Part shown: positions 19,216 to 27,973 of the stretch, one piece after another
Layout: every line of letters starts with the position of its first letter
Numbering within the stretch: position 1 is the stretch's first letter
Source: Candidatus Hodarchaeota archaeon
GTDB taxonomy: Archaea > Asgardarchaeota > Odinarchaeia > Odinarchaeales > JBHLKK01
Length of the DNA stretch: 64,000 nucleotides
Assembly: GCA_048886745.1 (NCBI GenBank)
Contig: JBHLKK010000002.1
Coordinates: 9,378 to 73,377, forward strand
Reading direction: 5' to 3'
The notes under the pieces: model-generated
What the model saw: only the letters and a program-made list of their open reading frames with translations
Database searches by the model: none
What the model was told of the DNA's origin: nothing
Made by a program: the position numbers and the translations under genes

Positions 19216-20088
19216 TCACGGGCCATCTTTTGACAGATGGCTCTTAATAAGCTCCAAACTCAGGCTAAGTGCCTTGACTGAATGCGTTAAGCTTCCCATT
19301 GAGATTACATCAACACCGGTTGCTGCATACTCGTCGACGTTTTCGAATGTGATTCCTCCCGATGCTTCGATAATAACCTTTTCCCTTAATCCTTGATCTC
19401 TTAGCTCAATTATAGTTTGTCTAATCTGATTTGGCTTCATATTATCCAACATAATTATATCTGCCTTCGCTTTAGCTGCCCTCAAGCAGTCTTTGGTATT
19501 CTCGACCTCAATTTCCACCTTCTTGGAGAAGCTAGCCTTGGTTCGAGCGATTGTTATTGCAGTTTCGACATCTCCAACGAGAGTAAGATGATTATCTTTA
19601 ATTAATATGCAATCATCAAGCCTGAATCTATGAGTGTCTCCACCTCCAATCTCTGCGGCCCTTTTATCAAAGTATCTGAGAAGAGGAGCTGTCTTTCTGG
19701 TAACAGCAATCCGAATCCCCGGGTTAATCTTTTTTGCTTTTTCGATGGTTTCGTGAATTGCAGTGGCTATTCCACTCATTCGCATCAGGAAATTGAGTGC
19801 AGTTCGCTCACACGTGAGTATGGCTTTTGCGGATCCTTCGATAATCATAACGGTAGCTCCTTTTTTTTCGACCCTATCGCCATCATTCATTTTGAGTGTA
19901 ACTTCTAATCCCATTTGCTCAAAAAGGGTTTTTGCCTCTCTAATTCCGGCCAGGACGCCGAGCTCTTCGGCTACTATTCTGGCTTTGCCCTGCTCATCTC
20001 CAATTAGTATTTCTGTTGTTATGTCACCAAAACCTACATCTTCATTTAGAGCATGAATAACTCGCTCCTCAAAATCAAAACCCTTCAA
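19216..20088 (-). CDS. nadC: Nicotinate-nucleotide pyrophosphorylase (quinolinate phosphoribosyltransferase)
   Basis: 290 aa with KDNHL...DIIMLDNM...IEASGGI motifs of type II PRTases. Confidence 0.8.
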   Translation of the reverse strand: MKGFDFEERVIHALNEDVGFGDITTEILIGDEQGKARIVAEELGVLAGIREAKTLFEQMGLEVTLKMNDGDRVEKKGATVMIIEGSAKAILTCERTALNFLMRMSGIATAIHETIEKAKKINPGIRIAVTRKTAPLLRYFDKRAAEIGGGDTHRFRLDDCILIKDNHLTLVGDVETAITIARTKASFSKKVEIEVENTKDCLRAAKAKADIIMLDNMKPNQIRQTIIELRDQGLREKVIIEASGGITFENVDEYAATGVDVISMGSLTHSVKALSLSLELIKSHLSKDGP

Positions 20089-21021
20089 TCATGACAACTC
20101 CATCATACGTTCTATGGCCATTCTTGCCCTAGCTGCAATCTTATCGGGGACTTTCACTACGGGGGATTTATTTCTCAATGCAAGAAAAGCCTTCTCCAAG
20201 GTGATATGTTTCATTTGCTTACACACGGCTTCTTCGTTGGCGCAGATAAATGTTTTTCCAGGGATTTCCCGTCTCATTCTTTCAATCAATCCAATCTCAG
20301 TAGCAACTATGAATTCCTTAAAACCTGATTCTTGGGCATGTTTATACATTTGGCCAGTACTACCAACGAAATCTGCTGCTTTTTGAATTTCTGGATCACA
20401 TTCAGGGTGAACCATAAACTCTGCCTGTGGATATTGTTCCTTCTTCATAATGGATTCTCCGCCAAACATTGTATGAACGTAGCAATACCCATCTCTGGGA
20501 ATCGGTATTATTTCTTTATCTGAGATTTTACTTTGAACATACCATGCCAAATTCTTGTCGGGTCCAAAAAGAATCTTATCAGAATCAAGCTTTCTCACAA
20601 CATCTACCGCGTTAGCTGACGTACACATGATATCTGCTTCAGCCTTCGCTTCAGCTAGTGTATTAACATAAAGAACTACAATGGCATCAGGGTGCTGTTT
20701 CTTTGCTTCAACTACTTTGTCCGCGGTAAGCATAGCGGCCATTGGACATCTCGCCTCTATTGCCGGTAGAACCACTCTTTTGTTGGGGTTAAGAATTGAA
20801 GCAGTCTCGGCCATGAAATCAACTCCACAAAAGACGATGTAGTTTGCATCTTCAACTTCGGTGGCCTTGATTGAAAGCTGGAGGGAGTCTCCTATGAAAT
20901 CCGCTATCTCCTGTATCTCAGTTACTTGGTAGTTGTGGATGAGCATTACAGCGTTTTCTCTTTTCTTTAGTTCTAATGTCTTCCTCTGTAACTTACTTAA
21001 CGGAGACATAGTGATCCCCAA
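20089..21021 (-). CDS. nadA: Quinolinate synthase
   Basis: MLIHNYQ and HPECD motifs, 310 aa. Directly abuts nadC. Confidence 0.85.
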   Translation of the reverse strand: MGITMSPLSKLQRKTLELKKRENAVMLIHNYQVTEIQEIADFIGDSLQLSIKATEVEDANYIVFCGVDFMAETASILNPNKRVVLPAIEARCPMAAMLTADKVVEAKKQHPDAIVVLYVNTLAEAKAEADIMCTSANAVDVVRKLDSDKILFGPDKNLAWYVQSKISDKEIIPIPRDGYCYVHTMFGGESIMKKEQYPQAEFMVHPECDPEIQKAADFVGSTGQMYKHAQESGFKEFIVATEIGLIERMRREIPGKTFICANEEAVCKQMKHITLEKAFLALRNKSPVVKVPDKIAARARMAIERMMELS

Positions 21022-21024
21022 TAA

Positions 21025-21870
21025 TTAAGTTCCAATTTGTACGTGTTCACCAATTTTCCTTAATGTTCTTATAACTGAGAGTGCTGCAAGATAGCTTGTT
21101 TTGGGATTGTATAAGGAAGGCACATTCTCTACATGGATATATATGGTGCCAAAATCGCCCTTTGCAGCAATCTCGTGCACATTCTTATGTACCGTTGGAT
21201 CCGCGACTATTCTAACTCTCGTTCTTTCGGCACCAATCCCTGCTAAACTCAAAACCGCAGCAACATTAATATTCTGTGGAAACATTCTTGCTCCCTCTTC
21301 TGCATCCCCCTCATAAACCACGGTTGGCTTGTTGATTGACTCTAAATCAATTTCATGTTGAACGATGTAGGGTGCTCCCTTTAGCGTATTGGGAGGCTTA
21401 CGTGATGTCAGTGTCACTTCGGTAAGATTAGCAGTCGAAGCAGATTTTACTCCGTCCAAACCAGCTATTGCTCCAGATGGAAGATAGACCATCTTATCAT
21501 TTCTCTCTGCGGTTTCTTCAATTTCTTTCAGCAACTGTTTATCTACAAGGGCTCCTATGCTTAGTATTAGCAGGTCTTTGCCTGAGTTTAGAATTTTGAT
21601 TGCATATTCTTTGACAACTTCCTGAGAAGCTGCTTCTATAATCAGGTTAATTTGATCGTTTACAATAAGTTCATCTGGCGTTTTAGCGACCTCGGGTTTT
21701 TTGACCATTCTCTGAATACACTTCTCCGCGTTCTCCTTTATTACGTCATATACCATGACTAATTCTGTGTCTCCTGCTTTGCCATCTTTGATTGCATCAG
21801 AGATAATATATCCAATTGCTCCGCACCCAATCAAACCTACTTTGAGTTTTGCCATCTGTTTCGCCAGCAC
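21025..21870 (-). CDS. nadX: L-aspartate dehydrogenase
   Basis: N-terminal Rossmann motif VGLIGCGAIG. 281 aa. First gene of a nadX-nadA-nadC operon. Confidence 0.75.
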   Translation of the reverse strand: MLAKQMAKLKVGLIGCGAIGYIISDAIKDGKAGDTELVMVYDVIKENAEKCIQRMVKKPEVAKTPDELIVNDQINLIIEAASQEVVKEYAIKILNSGKDLLILSIGALVDKQLLKEIEETAERNDKMVYLPSGAIAGLDGVKSASTANLTEVTLTSRKPPNTLKGAPYIVQHEIDLESINKPTVVYEGDAEEGARMFPQNINVAAVLSLAGIGAERTRVRIVADPTVHKNVHEIAAKGDFGTIYIHVENVPSLYNPKTSYLAALSVIRTLRKIGEHVQIGT

Positions 21871-22353
21871 ACTATTTTCTAGAATTGAAAAATAAGGATT
21901 ATGATTTATAAATCAACCGATAGTATAATTAGTTCGATCTTGTGAGATTCTGGCCTATATGATTTCCTATCTGAAGATAGGTCAGCTCAAAACTAATCCC
22001 TGCCACAGTTCCAAAAAGAGTCCTAGTTTCAAGACTTTTTCTAACCCAGAGATGTTCAGAATCAAGTACAGACTTGCGTTGGCTTTTTCGGTAGGAGTGC
22101 TCTTTCAATCTGCCATCAATAAGTCTCTCTACAGATTGAGAATCAATAACGGCATGAACTCCCTTCAATTTGCTGTCATTCAACCAATAATGCTTAAATG
22201 CAGCCCCTAAATCGACTCTTTATTTCCTTACCTCTGGAACAGAACTTATTGATTTGGGCCCAGACTTCAAATATGCGGCGAGACTAAAGAAAAGATAGTG
22301 CCCTCAAACATCAATTTCTAATCTTCCATCTCGAGCAGCACCTTCGTTTGCCA

Positions 22354-23199
22354 TTATTCTAGAATTATCCTCTCCAAGAGTTCCAGAAGATTGTTTCGTT
22401 GCGATTTCTCTATCGCCACCAGTCCATAGGTCTTAATACCAAGTATCTTTTCAATTTCTTCGGGAGGAAGCGCATTTCCACGATCCTGTTTGTTCGCAAC
22501 TCCTATGATTTTTGCATATGGGGCTTTGCTCTTGACCAGTGGAAGGATTTTCTCTCTTGTCAGCTTTATATTATCCAGTGTAGAGTCACAGATTATGGCA
22601 ATGACTTCTGTTCCCTTAACAAGTATGTCCCACGCAGACATGAATTGCTCCTGACCTGCGAAGTCGAATATCATGACATAATATACTCCTACTGTAACTG
22701 TAAGTGGTTCTCTATCAGCGAAGATCGTAGGGACATATTTCATTGGAATTTCTTCTTTTCTCAAGAGACGAAGTATAGTTGTCTTCCCAACACCTCCAAA
22801 TCCGACCAAAGACAATTTTACAGGAAGCTTGCTTATAATATCTATCACAACGCTGTCAAATCCATCCCCTAGCTTGGAGCTATTCTCAGTCTGATTCTCC
22901 GGACCAAACTTCTTAATGAATGAGGTCGTTATTTCCAACAGAATATCCTGAACTTCTCGTTCTGAATTTGTTCTATCGCTTAATATAGCGAATATATTCC
23001 CGTTTGACTTGAGATAGGAGAACCTGAAACGGACAATGTTCGTGTGCTCAATATTACCCATCTCCATCCTTTCGGAGGCACCCAAAATTGTAGGCAGTAT
23101 TGCATCCACTGAAATCTCCTTCGATTTCGTGTATGCTTTGTGGAAAACCTTACCTCCTGTTTTGTTGAGTATTAGTACCTCTCGTATCAACTGCGCCAC
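22354..23199 (-). CDS. Fusion protein: N-terminal longin/roadblock-like domain plus C-terminal Arf-family small GTPase
   Basis: The first 110 aa or so are a small alpha/beta regulatory-type domain (IREVLILNKTGGKVFHKAY...NGNIFAILSDRT...ILLEITTSFIKKF). Then G1 GFGGVGKTTI, G3 FDFAGQEQF and G4 VANKQD (the NKQD variant typical of Arf/Sar/SRbeta). Confidence 0.7.
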   Translation of the reverse strand: MAQLIREVLILNKTGGKVFHKAYTKSKEISVDAILPTILGASERMEMGNIEHTNIVRFRFSYLKSNGNIFAILSDRTNSEREVQDILLEITTSFIKKFGPENQTENSSKLGDGFDSVVIDIISKLPVKLSLVGFGGVGKTTILRLLRKEEIPMKYVPTIFADREPLTVTVGVYYVMIFDFAGQEQFMSAWDILVKGTEVIAIICDSTLDNIKLTREKILPLVKSKAPYAKIIGVANKQDRGNALPPEEIEKILGIKTYGLVAIEKSQRNNLLELLERIILE

Positions 23200-23476
23200 C
23201 CGGGATTCTGCTCAATCTAAAATATCGTATCTAAACATTTAATGCTTTCGCAATACTGATACGCATCTTTGTGATAATCGCAAAGCACCAAGAGCAAAAT
23301 CAGAAGAAATCTATGGAAGGACCTATCATCCGAGTCAATATGATAATTTTATTATATTCAAAATCTCTAATATTATATACGAAAAGAAAAGAATATACAC
23401 CCCCTGATTAATAAAGAAAAGACAAGAAAAGCGATATTATGTTATCGTAAAGGGGTATATTAAGGGGGAAGATGAG

Positions 23477-25315
23477 TTGCCCAAGACCGCGAAATATATG
23501 TTTAAGATAATTACTGTCGGGGATGGGATGGTTGGCAAAACCAGTCTTATTCTACGATTCACTGAAAATACCTTCAAGGAAACCTATAAGAAAACAATCG
23601 GGGCCGATTTCGCCATCAAGAATGTTGATATTGACGGGACCATAGCCAAGCTCCAAATCTGGGATTTAGGCGGTCAGGATACTTTTAAGGATCTTCGCAA
23701 GATATTCTATCCTGGAGCCCGTGGAGCTATATATGTTTTCGATGTCTCTAACAGACCATCCTTCGAGAACATCAGACACTGGTTTAAAGATATAGATGCA
23801 GTAGTTGGGGATGTTCCCAGACTATTGGTTGGTAATAAGATAGATCTAGAGAGAGAAATAAGCTATAAAGAAGGGAAACAACTGGCCGATGAGTTAGGTA
23901 TGGATTATCTTGAGACCAGCGCTAAAACTGGAGAAAAGGTAGTGGATATATTTAAGATCATGGCAAGAGTGACAGTTGGCGAGAAAGCTGAAGGAATTCC
24001 TTCTGAGGTTCCCGCTCAAATACCTGCAAAAGTCCCTGGAATCTCTGTAGATACTTCATTTGCTATAGGTCCAGAAGCTGAACTGGAATCTGATATTCCC
24101 GCAACACCTGCTGATCTGCTACCCGCTGAACCAGCAATACTCCCTGAGGTTGTTATGGATGTCTATGAATGGATTGAATCACACAGAAACGATTTCATAG
24201 ATTTACTAAAACGGCTCGTAAGCGCTGATACAACCAATCCTCCTGGACATGAATTCAGAGCAGCTAGAATAATACTGGAAGAATTACTGAAAGACAATAT
24301 CAGATTCAGGGTTTATGAAAGCGAGAAGGATAGAACGAATGTTGTTAGTTGGTCTGGTAAAGCTGAGAACCCCTCTGTTATGCTGGTTTGTCATCATGAT
24401 GTCGCACCGCAAGTTGAGGGATGGAAACATCCGCCACTTGATGCTCTTGAAAAAGAAAATAGGATATACGGGTTAGGAGCCTGTTGTAGTAAAGGTCCCC
24501 TAGTTTCTGCCATAATGGCTCTTAGAGCGATCCACGTTCTTAATGTAGAACTAAACGGACAAGCAATGGTTGTCGCAGCATCCGATGGACTTGGAGATGG
24601 GACAATTGGATTAAGGCATCTGATAGAGGAGGTAGGACTCGCTCCAAATCATGCAATTGTAGCTAGTCCTACAAACTGTACAACAATAAAGACCGTAGAA
24701 CTGGAGACACTGGCCTTCAGACTTACGAGCAGAGGACGAGTGTTTGAACCTTCATTTAAGGACATCAATGCTGCCGAAAAACTCGTTAAGGTGCTAGCGG
24801 GATTCAATGATTCAGACCAAAGCGAATATCCAATGCTAGCCAAATGTTCAATTAACATAAGGGAGATCAGAGGAATGCCTGGTGTTGGTGGAATTCCTGA
24901 ATGGGCAGAGGCAACTATAGATATTCGTCATCTATTCAAAGAGAACAATGAAAAGATACTCGATGAGGTTCGGAAACTCATTGATAATGTCAGGATATTG
25001 GATTCCGATGTTGATGTGACCATCGAGGAATTGCCCGAACCTCTAAAGATTGCTTCTTCAGTCGATGCTCCTGTGGTCATGGCGGTTCGAGACGGCCTAT
25101 ACAATACTATCAACAAAGAACCCTCTTTTACTGAAACCAAAGAGAATATCTTGGCGAAGATACTGGTTCAGAGCAAAATACCCGTGTGCATATTTGGTCC
25201 TGGGAATGAAGAGAAATGCAACAGTCCAAACGAGTATATTGAGATTGATGATATGATTGAGGGTGCTAAGGTTTTTGCTGCGTCCCTAATTACTTTGCTA
25301 GGTATTAAAGACTGA
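23477..25315 (+). CDS. Fusion protein: Rab-like small GTPase, Pro-rich linker, then a divergent M20 (ArgE/DapE-like) peptidase domain
   Basis: N-terminal 170 aa: GDGMVGKTS (G1), WDLGGQDTF (G3), GNKIDL (G4), ETSAKTG (G5). Linker PSEVPAQIPAKVPG...PATPADLLPAEPAILPEV. C-terminal domain with M20 landmarks (VCHHDVAPQVEGWKHPP, IYGLGACCSKG, GPGNEEKCNSPNEYIEIDD). TTG start at 23477 preceded by AAGGGGG; an alternative ATG lies at 23498. Confidence 0.75.
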   Translation: MPKTAKYMFKIITVGDGMVGKTSLILRFTENTFKETYKKTIGADFAIKNVDIDGTIAKLQIWDLGGQDTFKDLRKIFYPGARGAIYVFDVSNRPSFENIRHWFKDIDAVVGDVPRLLVGNKIDLEREISYKEGKQLADELGMDYLETSAKTGEKVVDIFKIMARVTVGEKAEGIPSEVPAQIPAKVPGISVDTSFAIGPEAELESDIPATPADLLPAEPAILPEVVMDVYEWIESHRNDFIDLLKRLVSADTTNPPGHEFRAARIILEELLKDNIRFRVYESEKDRTNVVSWSGKAENPSVMLVCHHDVAPQVEGWKHPPLDALEKENRIYGLGACCSKGPLVSAIMALRAIHVLNVELNGQAMVVAASDGLGDGTIGLRHLIEEVGLAPNHAIVASPTNCTTIKTVELETLAFRLTSRGRVFEPSFKDINAAEKLVKVLAGFNDSDQSEYPMLAKCSINIREIRGMPGVGGIPEWAEATIDIRHLFKENNEKILDEVRKLIDNVRILDSDVDVTIEELPEPLKIASSVDAPVVMAVRDGLYNTINKEPSFTETKENILAKILVQSKIPVCIFGPGNEEKCNSPNEYIEIDDMIEGAKVFAASLITLLGIKD

Positions 25316-25337
25316 TGGATAATCTTAAAACTCAGAA

Positions 25338-26897
25338 GTGTTTACATACTTAGCCCTGGTAATTGCTGGGGGGAGTAACTTGGATATTATTACTGTTGAA
25401 GAGATGAGGATTGCAGACAGGAATTCCGGCTATCTAGGCGTTTCACCTCATATCTTGATGGAAAACGCAGGAAGAGGAGTCGCGGATGTCATCAACAACT
25501 CTCATAAGGTTGAAGGCAAGAAAATCGTTGTATTCTGTGGGCTAGGAAATAATGGTGGAGATGGATTTGTAGCTGCCAGGCACCTGGCTGGCTTGGGAGC
25601 CACCGTATGCCTTATCCTAATGGGTCACCCTGATCGGATTCACACACCTGAGGCCCTAAGGAATTGGATAATTCTGGACAGGATGCGGTTAACCGTTAAT
25701 AAGGTGATTTTCGCAGATTTCTCGGAAAGCTCCAAGGTTAAGGATCTAGTATCTGATGCAGACATAGTTGTAGATGCTATTCTTGGAACAGGATTCTCTG
25801 GAAAGCTTAAGGATCCTATTACTACAGCCGTTAACATAATCAATAGTTCCACTGGATTAAAGGTTGCTGTTGACGCACCAACAGGAGTTGATGCATCTAC
25901 CGGAAAGATATCTGATGGAGCGGTTGAAGCAGATCTGACAATAACATTCCACAAAGCTAAACCCGGATTACTTAAAGCGCATAAACATGTAGGTCAACTT
26001 ATAGTGACTGGAATTGGTATTCCGCCAGAAGCAGAGATTATTGCAGGACCTGGAGATGTGGAAGTAATCCAGAAAAGCCGTGGCCCATATGCCAAGAAAG
26101 GGGAATTTGGAAAAATACTGGTTATTGGGGGAGGCAGTTATTATCATGGGGCTCCCATATTTGTCGCTTTCGCAGCCCTTAGAGCTGGAGCAGACCTCGC
26201 AATCATCGCTACTCCAAGCAGTGTAGTGGACGCGGTAAGAAGTTTTTCTCCGAATCTGATTGTCCGTAGCCTACCTGGGGATGTTCTTACGGAGGATGCG
26301 ATCCCATCGTTGAAAGGACTTATTGACTGGGCATCCTGCGTTGCCATCGGCCCTGGTTTGGGCGTTGAAGCAGAAACAACGGACGCTGTACTTCAAATCC
26401 TTGATCTTATCAAAGAGTCCAATAAATCGACGCTGGTTGATGCCGATGCAATAAAGGCAATGGCAGAAAAGAAGACGATCTTGAATGGAGTTCCTGCTGT
26501 ATTAACACCCCACGCTGGCGAATATGCCAAACTTACTGGCGAAATCTTACCTCCCCCTGAGGAGCTTGAGAAAAGAATTGACAGAATAATGAAAACAGCA
26601 AGAGAACTTGGTGTAGTTTTGCTTCTTAAAGGTCATGAAGATATTATTTCTGATGGAAAACGCTACAAAATCAACACTACTGGCAATCCTGGTATGACTG
26701 TGGGGGGTACAGGTGACGTTCTCAGTGGTGTCGCCTCAACGTTTCTTTCGCAAGGTTCCAATCCATTTAGAGCAGCGATTTCAGCTGCCTTCATAAATGG
26801 CCGAGCCGGTGATTTAGCTGTGGATAAATTGGGCCATCATATTGTTGCTACGGATGTCATAGAGATGATTCCAAAGGCCATAAGGGAATGCTTGTGA
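25338..26897 (+). CDS. nnr: Bifunctional NAD(P)H-hydrate repair enzyme (YjeF-N epimerase plus ADP-dependent dehydratase)
   Basis: VFCGLGNNGGDGFVAARHL (YjeF_N) and C-terminal GTGDVLSG carbohydrate-kinase-like motif. Confidence 0.8.
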   Translation: MFTYLALVIAGGSNLDIITVEEMRIADRNSGYLGVSPHILMENAGRGVADVINNSHKVEGKKIVVFCGLGNNGGDGFVAARHLAGLGATVCLILMGHPDRIHTPEALRNWIILDRMRLTVNKVIFADFSESSKVKDLVSDADIVVDAILGTGFSGKLKDPITTAVNIINSSTGLKVAVDAPTGVDASTGKISDGAVEADLTITFHKAKPGLLKAHKHVGQLIVTGIGIPPEAEIIAGPGDVEVIQKSRGPYAKKGEFGKILVIGGGSYYHGAPIFVAFAALRAGADLAIIATPSSVVDAVRSFSPNLIVRSLPGDVLTEDAIPSLKGLIDWASCVAIGPGLGVEAETTDAVLQILDLIKESNKSTLVDADAIKAMAEKKTILNGVPAVLTPHAGEYAKLTGEILPPPEELEKRIDRIMKTARELGVVLLLKGHEDIISDGKRYKINTTGNPGMTVGGTGDVLSGVASTFLSQGSNPFRAAISAAFINGRAGDLAVDKLGHHIVATDVIEMIPKAIRECL

Positions 26898-26970
26898 GTT
26901 ATTATTGTGCGGGCGGTTGCTCACATTATTCGAAGGCTTTTGTATCAGAGTTGTTGCGGTTTATTAACAG

Positions 26971-27924
26971 TTGAAGGAAAAGTTAAATTATAGGAAAATA
27001 ATAATAAAGACTGAGACCAAAACGCATGAAAAAGATGTGTTAGTCATGATACTTTACGGTGTATCGGATACTGGTGATCTGAACGAATTGAAAGGGGACA
27101 AACCAATTAAGGATTATTTGGTTAGCGACAAGGTTCTTATTTTAATAGATGACGACTTGAAGAAAATTTGGATATGGAAAGGTAAAAGCGCCCCTGTCCG
27201 ACAGAAATTTATTAGTGCGCGAGTGGCAAATCAAATAAGGCAAGAAAGAGGATTGACCTACAAAACTCTAAGCATTGATGAAGGTGATGAATCGCAAGAG
27301 TTTCTTGATTCATCAGGAGCCAAACCAAAGAAAGCCCCCCATCCTCCCCTTCCAGCTGAGCCCAAGCCTCCCGCTCCTGTTCCGGCTCCTGAGTCTGTTC
27401 CAACACCGGCTGCTTCAGCTCCCAAGCCCTTGGCCAAACAGCCTGAAGCACCAAAAACTCCAATGACGTCAAAAGCCACTTCACCTGTGCCCTCCCCCGC
27501 CACAGCAATCGTTACACCTCTTGAAGCGGAGGTGATATCAAAACTTGAAAGAGTTGAAATCCCTCGTGGATATGAAAGAGAGTTGGTTATCGTTGGCAAT
27601 GAGGTGTATGCAATCACAGAATACAGAACGATTTTTCTGGGGGAGAAGAAGGTTGAAACAAAGCTGGAAAAAGCTGCCAAGCTGCCAGAGGGGATATTTT
27701 TCGCAGAAGGTTACACACCCAGGGTAATAGTGGACAAAGGTCGCGTTCTGGCTGTTGAATTCTTGAAAACGGGTAAGGGGGTTGAAGTTCCTACCACGGA
27801 TGCTGCTGCCCGTTCATTGCGAGATGAAATGAAACTACATCTGAGCGACCTAGTCGATTTCTTCAAAATAGATATCCCTAAGAAAGAGAAGAAGCAGAAG
27901 AAGGAAAAGAAGGGAAAGAAATAG
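26971..27924 (+). CDS. Gelsolin-domain protein: N-terminal gelsolin/villin-type domain, polyproline linker, C-terminal domain with a Lys-rich tail
   Basis: VSDKVLILIDDDLKKIWIWKGKSAPVRQKFISARVANQIRQERGLTYKTLSIDEGDESQEFLD aligns motif-for-motif with gelsolin/villin G1 (..DCFILD....I..W.G..S...E...A......IRD.ER.G.A...V..EG.E...ML.). Then PHPPLPAEPKPPAPVPAPESVPTP. It ends KKEKKQKKEKKGKK. Confidence 0.6.
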   Translation: MKEKLNYRKIIIKTETKTHEKDVLVMILYGVSDTGDLNELKGDKPIKDYLVSDKVLILIDDDLKKIWIWKGKSAPVRQKFISARVANQIRQERGLTYKTLSIDEGDESQEFLDSSGAKPKKAPHPPLPAEPKPPAPVPAPESVPTPAASAPKPLAKQPEAPKTPMTSKATSPVPSPATAIVTPLEAEVISKLERVEIPRGYERELVIVGNEVYAITEYRTIFLGEKKVETKLEKAAKLPEGIFFAEGYTPRVIVDKGRVLAVEFLKTGKGVEVPTTDAAARSLRDEMKLHLSDLVDFFKIDIPKKEKKQKKEKKGKK

Positions 27925-27973
27925 CGGAACACTAAGATAGATTGTAATTGACACATTATTTGATTCGGGGGAT

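Noticed and set aside
21929-22210. Two overlapping 83-84-aa ORFs on opposite strands in the 483-bp spacer
   Set aside because: Mutually exclusive, low-complexity, with no RBS or motif. Treated as non-coding spacer (see finding) rather than genes.
23498-23500. Alternative ATG start (MFKIITVGDG) for the Rab-M20 fusion gene
   Set aside because: Plausible but 30 nt from the AAGGGGG RBS, whereas the TTG at 23477 sits 8 nt downstream of it. Kept the TTG start while noting the uncertainty.
27212-27680. 98- and 140-aa minus-strand ORFs and a 63-aa plus-strand alternate-frame ORF over the proline-rich linker of the gelsolin-domain gene
   Set aside because: GC-rich Pro/Ala codons on the sense strand create long antisense and alternate-frame open frames. 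Composition (Gly/Ala/Ser/Trp-rich) is not protein-like.
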